Shown one piece after another: positions 38,642 through 51,644 of a DNA stretch of 64,000 nucleotides (position 1 is the stretch's first letter; every line of letters starts with the position of its first letter). Below the pieces are notes generated by a model. It was given only the letters and a program-made list of their open reading frames with translations. It was not told the origin of the DNA and ran no database searches. The DNA lies in NCBI RefSeq assembly GCF_964204645.1, contig NC_134033.1:16004655-16068654 (forward strand), given 5' to 3'. The translations under genes were made by a program, and so were the position numbers. The stretch comes from Tubulanus polymorphus (Eukaryota > Animalia > Nemertea).

Positions 38642-41600
38642 CTAATCGGAATCTGAATTCTTTGGTTCGGTTTCGGGTTGTTCGACAAACGCGACTAAAG
38701 CCTGATCTTTATTCACTGTATCCCCGACATTATACAAAACTTTATCAATCACTCCGGAGTGAGGCGCTCGAATCACATACTGAAAATAATCAGAATATAT
38801 CATCAATATAACTGGGATCTACTGAGTTCGTGCTTAACATTGCAAACAAACTTATTGTGAGGGCTTTAAATGTGGAACTGGGTCCTGAACTGTGGAACTT
38901 GGCCCTGAACTGTGGAACTGGATTTTGAACTATGGACTGTATCCAGAACTGTGGAACTAGATCCTCAAAGCCAGAATTAAAAGATTCTGAATGATTCGTT
39001 GATATGTTGAATTTACCTCCATTTTCATAGCGATCATCACTAGAAGAGGGTCACCCTGTTCTACCGTATCACCGGGTTTTACAGACACTTTCTCAATAAC
39101 TCCGGGCATCGGAGCTACCGCAGCGCCAGCGCCACCTGTCTGACTATCGCTCAACATGAACTTCGGAGTCGGTAACTCAAATTTGTGAGATCCTTCCTAC
39201 AAAAAGTTTAAAAAAAACTTAACAATAACATGCATCAAGTTTACAAGGATCTTGTATGATCGATATCGAATACTCACAGCTGTAAACAGATGTATCGTAT
39301 TGTCCAAAATAACGACGTTCGATTTCGTAATTCTGCCGTCTATATGAGTAGTTAACACCGATCTATTCTGATCGGCGACCAGGTTACCGGTAACGGCGTG
39401 CGAGGAGGTATTGTCACCTATAGTGATAGCGTAAGCCTGACCGGCGACAAAATTAACCGTTACAGGAATATCTGAAACAGAAATACGCGAATAAATTGAA
39501 ATATATCGATCGGGAGGGAGTGGCAAAACTACAATAAGTTCAGGGTGGCCGCTTTTATTTTACTTTTCCCTTACTATTTCCTGACTTGATTTGCTAAGAA
39601 TTCAACCAATTAACGCAAGTCAAATACGTAAGACATATAGTCGGAAACTGTTTGATCATATCGATAAATTCCCTGACTTTTCTCTGATTTCCAGGTAAGT
39701 GGCGCCACCCTGTGAGTTCTACAACAGTTGGCAGGTTAGATTTGATTAAACACAACCTGTGTGATAGTTACCTTTATTCTGCGATTTGAGATTGAATTTT
39801 GTCATCATCGAATCGTTGACCCGGATGGCGACGCCGGCAGAAAACGGCGAAAACGGATCTGAATAATTAGATAATTTCATGTATAGAACGTATTCGATCA
39901 AAGTCTGAAAGATCTTTCGAAATTCTTTGGATGTAACAGATTAATGTTTGATATTTTCACAGTCCTGATTCACGCTGTTGTACCTGCTGTCAGTGATTTA
40001 CGCTGTAACGTACCTGCTGTCAGTGATTTATGATATAATGTACCTGCTGTCAGTGATTTACGCTGTACGTACCTGCTGTCAGTGATTTACGCTGTAACGT
40101 ATGTGTCTGATCATGCAGCAGATGCGCGAGTACGGCCTGACATACGTGGTCGTCGGTGCACGTAACCGTCGGGAACAGCGACTGCTGGTGTTGAGGTATG
40201 AAATCCGTATGAACGTTACCGGCCTCGAATTCACCGTGCGAACTCAAATCTTGTAGAAACCGAATGTTCGTATTCAAACCAACGACCTGTGAATACAAAC
40301 TCAGGCAATTCAATGAGGTCATAGGGGGATTAATGGTGATCATCCATCTTTATATGACACAACTTGATGACGTCATAGGGGGAGCCATCTTTACTGCAAC
40401 TGAAAATTCAATGACGTCATCTAGGGGGATTTGTGGAGATGAGCATCTTTACGCGACGGACAATTTGATGGTGTCATAGGGGGATTTATGGAGGTAGCCA
40501 TGTTTACTGTAATTGACAATTCAATGATGTCATGGGATATTAATGGAGGCAGCCATTGGGAAGAGAGGTATATGGGTAAACAGGATATCTAATGATGTCA
40601 TAATGGGGTTATTCATAGGCAGCTATCTTTTTTGAAAGGGTCAATGGATTTTATCACGATGCATCTGGTGATGTCAATGGCAGCGGTAAAAGATGATGTC
40701 ATAAGGGTAAGGATGGAGAATTACCTGATAATCAGAGAGCGATGTTTTCAGTCGTCTCAGGGCAGACGGACGATCTTTCGCCCAAACGACCAATTTAGCG
40801 ATCATCGGATCGTAATGTACGGAAACGTCGTCTCCTTGACGAACTCCGGTCTCGACGCGTGTGTTCTCGTCCGGAGTCGGAGTCGACAGGTGTAATAGAG
40901 GTCCCGCTCCGGGCATGAAATCATTATCCGGATCCTCGGCGTAGATACGAGCTTCGAACGAATGACCGTTTAATCTTAAATCTTCCTGCGATTTCGGTAA
41001 TTTCTCACCGGCCGCGACCTACAAATACACGACGACAAAGTTTGGAAAAGCTTTTTAATCCAGCTAACTTTGGTAGTTCCCACTTTTAAATGAATTCGAA
41101 ATTCGTGAATTTTTCCTAAGTATTTTACGGGTATTTGGTGATTTGGAAATGGAAATAAACAGATACATCGTACACAACAGGGACTGCAGGATGAACGTGA
41201 TTTTCAAGAAAATGTTCTGAATAAAATTAGCCAAAGGGTCAGCAATCGACACACGAGAACTAGGCTACATGATGTGTAAAATGAATTTCGCGAATATTTT
41301 CTGGATGAGAGGAAAATCGATCGAATTCCCAAATACAGTAAAATCCTCTCAGGTCATTAGGATCAATGACAAATATGACGTCATAACGAATTTGAGGGAA
41401 TTCGAGGGGATTCACAACTCAAGTTAGCTGAAGGGGTGTATTGGTCTGTGAAACCGATGACGGATGATCCACTTACCCTGAGCTGCCACTCGACGAGATC
41501 GACCCCCGTTATCATTTCCGTAACGGGATGTTCCACTTGTAAACGCGTATTCATCTCCATGAAATAAAAGTTCTGCTGTTTATCCATGATGAACTCGACG

Positions 41601-44600
41601 GTACCGGCGCCGACGTAGTTAACGGCTCGCGCCGCTCGTACTGCCGCCTCGCCGAGAGACCGACGTACCTCAGCTGAGATCCCCGGCTGAAAATACGTTT
41701 CAACGGCGAAAATTAAAACACTTTCAGTTCGTCTACAATGTGGTGTGGTGTATATATCAGTGATGACTTTGCTAGTACACCGCATTGCAGTGTATCGATG
41801 TTATTATAAAAATTAGCTGAAAATACGTCAACGTCGAAATTAAACCCTTTGAGTTTCAGTACGTCTACACCGTGGTGCGGTGTATAATTCAGTGCTGCAC
41901 TTTGCTGCTATTACACCACATTGTGGTGTATCGATGTTATCAGTAATTAGTTTTTATATCTATTGAAAGATGGCAGCACCTGTCAAACATAGTGGAATAT
42001 TAGTGATACTAATACTCATCATACTAATGATACACCGCACTGCGGTGTAGACACACTAAAATGGCATGTACATTATTCAGCACACTGGGGTGGAATTTTC
42101 AAAATTTTCAAATTATCTCCAGCACGTAATTAGTCAGCGCTGAAAGGGTTTTAAACAAACAACCCGATAAACTCTCGAATAAGGCGTAATAATAAAATTC
42201 CACAATTCTTCGCACACTTACAGCCGGCGCTTCTTCGATGATTTTTTGATGTCGTCTCTGAACGCTACAGTCTCGTTCGTACAGATAAACGTAATTACCG
42301 TGTTGATCGCCGAATACCTGCACCTCGACGTGTCTGCAAAAAACATTTCACTTCGATTTATAATTCATCAAGCTACACTTTTTGCCAGTCTACTCATATT
42401 TTTCTAAATCTATTCGAATAATTAAGTAGTAATCAAGCTAGTAATTATATAATAAGCTTGGAATTTACAACTTGTAGTATCAACTCGTATTGCATGTTAA
42501 TATCTGTAGTTTTATTCATTTGATTCACATGTACTGAGAGAGTAATGAGGGTACCTGACGAAGGGGACATCATGGAGGGAGATGATCTCACCTGATGAGA
42601 GGGATATGACCTCACCTGATAAGGGGATATAACCTCACCTGATGAGGGAGATATGACCTCACCTGATGAGGGAATCTGACCTCACCTGATGAGGGAATAT
42701 GACCTCACCTGATAAGGGGATATAACCTCACCTGATGAGGGAGATATGACCTCACCTGATGAGGGAATCTGACCTCACCTGATGAGGGAATATGACCTCA
42801 CCTGATAAGGGGATATAACCTCACCTGATGAGGGAGATATGACCTCACCTGATGAGGGAGATATGACCTCACCTGATGAGGGAAAACCCGTATTACACCC
42901 ATTATTGCTATTGTGGATTTAAGATATTCGTATTTTTTACCTGGGAGTCTCGACAAATTTCTCAATGAGCATCACATCATCTCCGAACGATTTGATCGCT
43001 TCTCTTCGTGCCGATTCTAATTGACTCGAGAATTCATCGGCGTTCATAGCTATACGCATACCCTAATAAAATAGAAAACAAAATACCCCTATGACATCAT
43101 CAGCATTCATAATACGCATTCCCTAATGAGATAAAACAACATCAAAGATGTCTGCCTCGACGAGGGTGGATGTTGGGGGTTGTCTTGCGGGTCTGAACCT
43201 ACGTTAAAACCTGAAAGTCTGATACTGCATTCGAAATATTTCTTCAAAAAATATCTAAAACCAACGGCGTAATCACGCGGAACCCCGATAGAAACCTTTG
43301 ATTTGACTGCTTTCGTTTCTTCAGGACCCCGACCATCCAATTTCCCAACTCCATAAATCAGTAATCATTTCGGTTAAAATTGCAGTTAAACTGCGGTTAA
43401 TATTTGAATACAGACGGACGGGACGTACCTTTCCGCCACCGCCGCGAACAGCTTTTATCATCACCGGGAACCCGATCTGTCCGGCGACCTCGGCTAGTTT
43501 TGAGTCCGTCTGCTCGTCGCCGTGGTAACCCTCAATAATCGGTACTCCGGCCGCCGACATGATGTGTTTTGATGTGCTAAAATAGATGTTTTTCATATAA
43601 CAACAAACTAATAATACATTTTACAGCCAAAAATTCTGAAATCATAATATTTTTCTTCAAATCTTTCTGGGCCAAGTCTAATAGTGGTCTTAAACCTTAT
43701 AAGTGGTCTTAACGTTGTTAGATATAGAACTAAGATCTACAAAACTCAGGGGCTGGTTGCATAATTGTGGCTTCAGTCCAAAAGTAGTCTTAAAATCTTA
43801 AGACTGGTCTTAAGTTGTTACATTGGCTACAGAACTAAGTTGGTCTTAGACTGGTCTTAAGTCAAAGCATTTCCTGCCCCTGAAGTATTTCATCTTTACC
43901 TTTTGATGCCCATGTCTCTGATAGCTGATGCCGGCGGACCGACGAATATAATTCCGTTCTTGGAGCAGAGTTCGGCGAATTCGGTATTCTCAGAGAGGAA
44001 CCCGTAACCGGGGTGGATCGCGTGCGTGTTCGTGGATTGCGCTACATCTAGAATACGAGATTGATTGAGGTAACTGTGTTGAGACGCGGCCGGTCCGATG
44101 TGGAACGCTTCGTCTGCCTAAAAATAGAAATAGTAATCAGAACTCAGAAGTCAGAGCGGGACTAAGTCGAATTCCCAGATTTCTCTCTGATCTGATGAAC
44201 CCTGCTAGATTAACAATGAGATATTTTTTATTTTTGGAAAGATTTCAGGTTTTGAAATAGGCGGCTACTATCCTAGCTGTTGTTAGGGGTTACCTATTCA
44301 TCATCATGATCCAGTTCTACAGTTGTGAGTTAGAGTTAACGCTGAGTTAAAATTATTTCGTTTTCAATGAGTCAAATCTTAACTCACAACTGTCAAGGCT
44401 CCTACAATTCCTGGTATCCAGAATTCAAGGACTTTTCAAGGACTTTTTAAGGAGTAATTTTCAAAATTCAAGGAGGTTTTCGCGGTCATATTTAAGGAAA
44501 TTCACAAACAAAATCCATGTTTTTCTCAAATTTTGATCAGTTGTTGTGTGTGCCGTTTTGGTTTTACATGTTTAAATGTTTTAAATCTCAAAGTGAAACA

Positions 44601-45972
44601 ACTTTCACTCACAAGTCACACAATGAAGAATAATAGAATACACTGTCTTCTGAAAAGGACCTTTTGGAAATTTTTAATAGGACTTTCCCAGAATTTAAGG
44701 AGTTTCAAGGAGTTTATGGATATTTCTCAAAATTAAAGGATTTTCAAGGACCTTGAAAAATATATTCAAAAATCAAGGAGTTTTCAAGGATTCAAGGAGT
44801 TGTGGAACTCGGTCGCGGAATTCAGACTTGTTTTGATTTATGAGAAAGAGAGAATATTTACTAGCGCTACGTGCATCGATGCTTTATCCGGATCACTGTA
44901 AACGGCCACCGTTCGGATTCCGAGTTTCTTCGCCGATTTGATCACGCGACACGCGATTTCGCCGCGATTCGCGATCAAAACTTTATCGATCGGTCGAATT
45001 TCATCTGCAAAAATAGAAAAATATAATAATACAACAGTAACACGGGGTCCCTATAGATCAGTCATTTATGAATAGGGAGTAAAAGGAGTTTCTTAGGAGG
45101 ATATTTCATATTACAAGGATGTGGCTGCATCATTTCCACTTACAGTAGACTCCTCCTAAATCGGTATTGTTTATCTCGGTAAACCAGTAATTCAGTGGTT
45201 TTGTAAGCTAATTCTTATTTTCACGCTACCTAAACTTGGTTTCTAATTCAGTAACCGCCTAATTGGGTAAGAAAATCCTGGTCTCAACTGTATTGATTCA
45301 GGGATAGTTTACTGTAGAACTTCAAACTACTAAACATAATTGTTAATTGCCTTTTTCTCAAAATCTAAGGAATTTCTAAGGAGTCAAGAAGCTGTGGGAG
45401 CCCTGTAATAAGTAGCTGGGATTTAATGATTGTCGATCCAAAAGATTTCGATTCTAAATCCTACTTACTGCTGATGTATCTCAATGAAGCTGCTGCAGTT
45501 TTGCAGCATTTCGTCAGCAAAAGCTGAGACCTGAAAATAGATGTTCAAATGTTTTGTTGACTAAAACCACGTTATAAAATTAAGAAAGTCAACCCTCATT
45601 TTCTATTTTCTGACAATCAATACACTTCATATAAGCCCATCATTTTAGAATTAATTTGATAAACATACTTTGGGTTTGAGAATGTTAAATGAATCAATTT
45701 ACATATTTTTTTTAATTAGAGGTATTGATAGTGTTCCGTTTATCTGATAGATGGCAGCACTGCGTGACAGAGTTTTCAGTATTTCAACGGCGGTTCTATC
45801 AGCTATTCGATAATTTCAACTCATTCGAATTAATTTACAGATGTGTCCGAACTTTGCTTGATGCCCGGGTGAAATATCAAGCCGATATGAATAGGTTAAG
45901 GTAGTTTAATCGGTAAAAATGTTCGAAAATTTACCTGAAAATTCGGTTTCGCACCGCCACAATCGTAGCCAT
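38642..45972 (-). CDS. MCCC1: 3-methylcrotonyl-CoA carboxylase alpha (biotin-containing) subunit, multi-exon
   Basis: [83 protein letters not shown] and biotin motif AMKME. Confidence 0.93.
42588..42885. repeat. 22-23-bp minisatellite (cctcacctgatgagggagatatga)
   Basis: Visible tandem units. Confidence 0.85.
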
Positions 45973-46277
45973 ATTTCTCGGAGTACTAATTGACGGAATC
46001 AGCCCGAAGCCGAAATCCAATAGACACGGACTGCGGCAAGCGAGTGTTGATTGCCGACTGCGGCAAGCGAGTATTGGAAACGGCTTCAAAATGGCGGCGA
46101 ATTCCTTTCTATCGTGAATTAGAGCGAGTAAAAACCGGAATTTACGCGAATATCTCGAGAATTCGGGTCCATTTTCGACGGGATACTGATTCAACGATTA
46201 GGGTCTAACAGTTTGGGACGCTGGAATAATTTATAGATAGCAGCGATTACTGATAATTACTGGGAATCACGGTGAAA
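45973..46277. promoter_or_regulatory. Bidirectional promoter region shared by MCCC1 and DZIP1
   Basis: Start codons are about 305 bp apart head-to-head. The region is CpG-rich, with a YY1-like AAAATGGCGGC at about 46088 and a direct repeat gactgcggcaagcgagt. Confidence 0.65.
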
Positions 46278-49200
46278 ATGGTGAGTTTTTTCCAACAAAC
46301 AAACATAAATTCAATTTATTGAGTCGAAAAATGCGATTATGGCCTGTAATGTTAACCACCACTGCTGGTTAATCTTGTGTCATTTAACCCCAGACCAAAT
46401 CCAGTCGATCTCTGTGCTAACTGTGGCATTGATTTGTTAAGCCTAAGTCTAAAATAAAAGAAACTCAGTCATTATTAATATTGAGTCAAGTCCATCCCCC
46501 TAAAAAAAAAGAAGTCAAACTCCTTGCATACTGTTAAGCACTGTCCCCCTTGTTTAGTCATTGACATTGGTGTCACCTTTCTCCGTAATCTGCCTTTCAA
46601 TCAACTGACCCCTCTGCCCCTCTGCTCTTGTGGTTCTGTTGAATCAAAATGTGAATCAGATTCCACAGTGTCCTGAGTCCTGACTCAAATCACAGCCCAA
46701 AACATGGTTGTTCTCCGCGAACACTTTAGAGAAACTGCGCTTTGAACATCGTAACATGGACTAAGGCGCTAAAATTCTTTATTATTATCACTATTGTCTA
46801 TTATTTCAGCCTGGTTTTACTGGTTACCAATACGGTGACGGTTCTCCAAACAGCAGACTCAACAACATGCAGCAGTACGCGGCGTCGTATCCATCCTCAG
46901 CTGCCAGTGCTGGAATCAACATGATGGGCGCCGGTTACCAACAGAATAATAACGCGATGTTTCAACCCGATCGCAACGGGATCGGATTCGCTTTTAAAAA
47001 GAGGGTCGATCGCATTGACTGGAGAAAAATAGGTATGAAATACGGTTAGTCATCGAAGAAAGGTTTTTGATCGAACGTATTTCCGGTTCAGGAACAGAGC
47101 AATTTCGGATTACAAACTCTCAGAAAGTTTTTGCTGGAAAGTACTTCTTTTTCAGTCAAAAAGTCTTTCCTCTGGGGTTTAAAATTTCCGAAAAAGTCCT
47201 TCTTAGTACTTCTTTTTGTCCTGGCCTAACAACCCTGTCTCTACCTGCCTTATGCAGTGAAGCAGTGAAACATTGTTATGACAATTTATCGGTTTTTAAA
47301 AGACCTAGAATTTCATCCCCAATAATTTTGATAATTTCATACTGGATATAATGAATAAATTTTCTGGTCCGCTGAAGTCTGTTGTTCCACTCTATCAGAT
47401 CTACAGATGCTATTCCGGAATAGTTTGAGCGTGTTCTGGTCGAAACGAACGCGCCAGTCGAGAATCTCCAGAATCAGTCGAGTCCGGACCAATTGAAACC
47501 TGTCCAAGATTCTGGAGGAATAGATCTAAGATCTATATTTAAAAAGATTGTTTACGTGATGTTTGTTGTTTTCAGCTGCGATTGACGTCGACCGAATTTC
47601 CAGGGAACTCGATTTCAACACGTTACAAGAGAACATCATGAACTTAACTTTCTGTAACATCGAAAGTGAAGTGGTGAGTTCGCATGAATTAAAGAATTAA
47701 TTAATTCCCCATTCCTCCAATATCTCCATCCTCCCTCGGCAGGGATTCGAACTTGTTGACGTCGACGCTCGCCACGGTACGAAACCCTGCCACACTAGAC
47801 CGAGGATGTCATTATTAGCCAATCAGATATCCTGGTTCAGATGCCACCAGGTTCAAATCCCTGATGAGGGAGGATGAAATTTCTCCGACTATCAACCCTT
47901 AATCGATGATTTTCTATTTCCAGGACGTTCACACGATTGATCCAAACTTTTTAAAACTTTTCAAGATGGCTCAGTTGACGATCGAGTATTTATTGGTACA
48001 AACGACGTGTAATTTTTAAACGCCTGGTTTGGCAGTTGACAGTCCGTTGAATTTGAATTTTGAATATTTTTTTTTCTTCAAATTTCAGCATTCTCAAGAT
48101 TATTTGACCAATGCGTTGGCCGCGCAAGAGGGCAAATTTCAGAAGTTATTGCAGGTGAATTAAGCAGAATGTATTTTGAATTTTGTGAATTCTTCACGAA
48201 TGATTGATTTTTTGTTTCGCAGGAAAATGAAGAATTGACCAATCGGATGGCAGCTAGCAAACAGGAAGTGGTTGACGTGAAGAAAGAATGTCACAAACGT
48301 AAAAAACTGCTGGTCGCCCAACAGCAAATATTACAGGCCGGACCCGATACTTATAACAAGGTAAGAGACACCATCCAGAAACCTTGGCTGCCTATGACAT
48401 CTATCACTAAATGGTCTTCGAAACCTTAGATGATGTCATATGGGGATTTATGTAGGCGGCCATCTTTTCGAAAAGTGTTTATAGGGGTAATTTGATGATG
48501 TCATAAGTGGATTTATGGAGAGGCTGATCTGGAATTGTCTACAGGGGTAAATTAATCGATGATATCATTGGGGGATTTATATGGATGAAGCCATTTTTCG
48601 GAAGTGTCTATAAGGGTAATTTGATGTTGTCATAAGGGGATTTATAGACTGAGGCGGTCATCTCTTCTGGAAGTCTCTGTAGGGGTAGTTTGATAATGTC
48701 ATAGGGAGAGGAAGGCATCTCTTATCTATAATGATGATGTCATAAGGAGTATTTTGTGTTTTTTTCGCAGTGTCCGTTTTGTCAGAAAGCGTTCCTCAGT
48801 TCGAGCTTCCTGCAGAGTCATATCGTGCGTCGTCACGGCGAGTACGCGTCCGCGTTCAACGGACATGTGCCGCACCAGCAGCAACAGCAGGTACCGGTCG
48901 CTGCCTCGTTATCGCCGACCGGATCGACCAATCATAACGAGTTACTGGAGCGGGAATTACGAGAGATTAAAGAGCGGCTGATCGCGACAGAATCTCAACT
49001 TCAAAAAGAACGCAACACGCTACAGATATTATCGCAGAAAGTCAGTCTCAGTCGAATCCGTTTACGAGTTCAGCGTTTTTGCCAAACGCAACAATGATTT
49101 CTTATTTTTGTTTCTGGATTGATTTTTTTTTTGTCTAGGAAACGTCGAAAGAAGTTATCAAAGAAAAAGAAGTTCGTTCGGAAATCGAACAATGGAAGGA

Positions 49201-51584
49201 AACTCAATTGGAGGAGCGAAAGGTAATTATCGGATTGAGGTACCGGCGGTGTACACCAGATGGCGTGATGATACACTCAGTCAGGGGGGCCACTTACCTT
49301 GTAATCGGGGAAGAGTGTGAGCATTTTCATTGCTTTAAAAAGTCAGGTTATTTTGTAAAAAAAAAAAGCTAAAAATGAAGGAAAAGTGAGAGAAATTTAT
49401 TGAGATAGTTGCGTAAAATGAAACAGTTTCCGTCTATTTGACGGCAGACGGCGTTAATTGATTTGATTCTTAGCGGATTTAAGTCAGGGAAAGCGGCGCG
49501 CATGTCAGGGAAGAGTTGGGGGAAAAGCAAGTCAAATAAAAGTGGTGTCACCCTGTCAGTTATTCGTAGTCGAAATAAGTTCCGTTTTAATGAAAATTGA
49601 ACTGAACTCTTAAAAAATACTGGATATTTTGAATGAAAGCGTTTTTGTTTGAACGTTGGTCGAACGTTTTGTTACAGAACGAACTGGAAAACGTTCGCGA
49701 GATGTTCATGAAAGAATTGAAAGAGATGAACGCGAAGTACGAGATGTCGGAGCAGGCGCTGCTCGAGTTGCAACATCGCTACGGTCGCAAGTCAAACCTC
49801 GGCCAGCTACAGGACGACAACGATGGCAGTATCTCCACCCCGGGTAACGAACTGCTCGGCAGTCAGAAAGAGGAGATTTCGCTATTGAAACAACAGCTTA
49901 AAGAACAGGTCAGAAAACAGATGTTTATTTATTCCATATGGTTCGGGGGAAAATGAGGATTCTAACTGTTTTCTTGAAAATCAGTGAAATATCGGGATTT
50001 GAATTTTTGGTGTCTTGTTGTTCCTGCTGTTTATGAGTGAAACAAGGAATCTCTTGATAAATAGACCTCTCTCAAGATATATAATAATTTAATGAGGAAT
50101 TTGAATTTTTGGTGTCTTGTTGTTCTTGCTGGTGACGAGTGGCACAAGGAACCTCTTGATAAGAAACAGCCCTCGCTGAGGATATCTTATAATTTAATCA
50201 GGGAATTTTTGTTCATGATTCAGGGAAACATCAGGGAATTTTATATTCCCTGATTTCACACGGTCGTTGAAACGATTCTATGAATTGTTTCACGTTTGTT
50301 GTTGTAGATTGAGTACGTCGAGTCGTCCGTCCGTACGAGATTCGACGACCAGGAAAAACGCATGAAAACTAAAATGAAATCGATGGCTCGAGATCACGCT
50401 CAGGAATTAGCGCGGGTAAGATTATACGAGAAATGTCGTAAGGTTTGTGTGAAATAGTCGAATTCGATCTAATCGGCGCGGCGTCGTTTTCAGTTGAACT
50501 CCGCTCTCGAGCAAAGTTCGAATATGTTGAAAGAGGAGAAAATGAAACGTGGCGAAAAAACGGAGAAATACGAACAAGCAATCGAGGATCTGTTACAGGT
50601 AAGAGAATAAACCCCTCACCGCGGTTCCTCGCCGTTCAACCCTCGTCCCTCGTTCACTGATCATCGTTGATTTAAAAAACTGATTTCTGTAGCATTCCCG
50701 CGATCAGGAGAAATTACTACGAGATTTCGAGGCTGATGATAATTTAGTGGAGGAATTTGTAAGTTTCAGATATAGATTTAGCGAAACCGGTGGCTTCAAC
50801 GCTTCTACCTTATATACATACAGTGCTCTCTCTCTCTCTAGAATCATCTCTCCCTCAAACAGCTGTCCATCTTAGACAGCTCTATCTCAGACAGCTGTCT
50901 ATCTTAGTCAGCTCTATCTCAGACAGCTGTCTATCTTAGACCGCTCTCTCTTAGATAGCTGTCCATCTTAGACAGCTCTCTCCCTCAGACAGCTGTCTAT
51001 CTTAGACAGCTCTATCTCAGACAGCTCTATCTCAGACAGCTGTCTATCTAAGACAGCTCTATCTCAGACAGCTGTCTATCTTAGCTCTCCTTTAGATAGC
51101 TGTCCATCTTAGACAGCTGTCTCCCTCAGACAGCTGTCCATCTTAGACAGCTCTCTCCCATGGACAGCTCTCTATTTTAGACAGCTCTCTATTTCAGACA
51201 GCTGTCTTTCTTAGCTCTCTATTTTAGACAGCTCTCTATTTTAGACAGCTCTCTATTTTAGACAGCTCTCTATCCTAAGGCTCTTTTTTCAACGGCTGTG
51301 CTTCCAGTGTACCTACCTACTTATTTATCGCTAATAACAATTTTCCGTTTAGACACTGTTCCTATCATACTTAGTACATAGAATATATGATTAAACGCTC
51401 AATTGCAACTGTTCCAATCTATGTGAAACGGGCTAAGTTTGCTGGTTCGAAAAGATAATTTTTGTTTACCGTACTGGTATGTACAAACAAAGTACCTGGT
51501 AAATTGATGGGAAATTTCAAAATGGTGCATATGAGTGCGTTATGAACAGTTAGTCAAATTTCTAATCTCTATTAAATATGTATG

Positions 51585-51644
<60 letters not shown>

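Noticed and set aside
42588-42895. Tandem CTGATGAG units resembling hammerhead cores
   Set aside because: There is no stem II followed by GAAA; this is a simple minisatellite.
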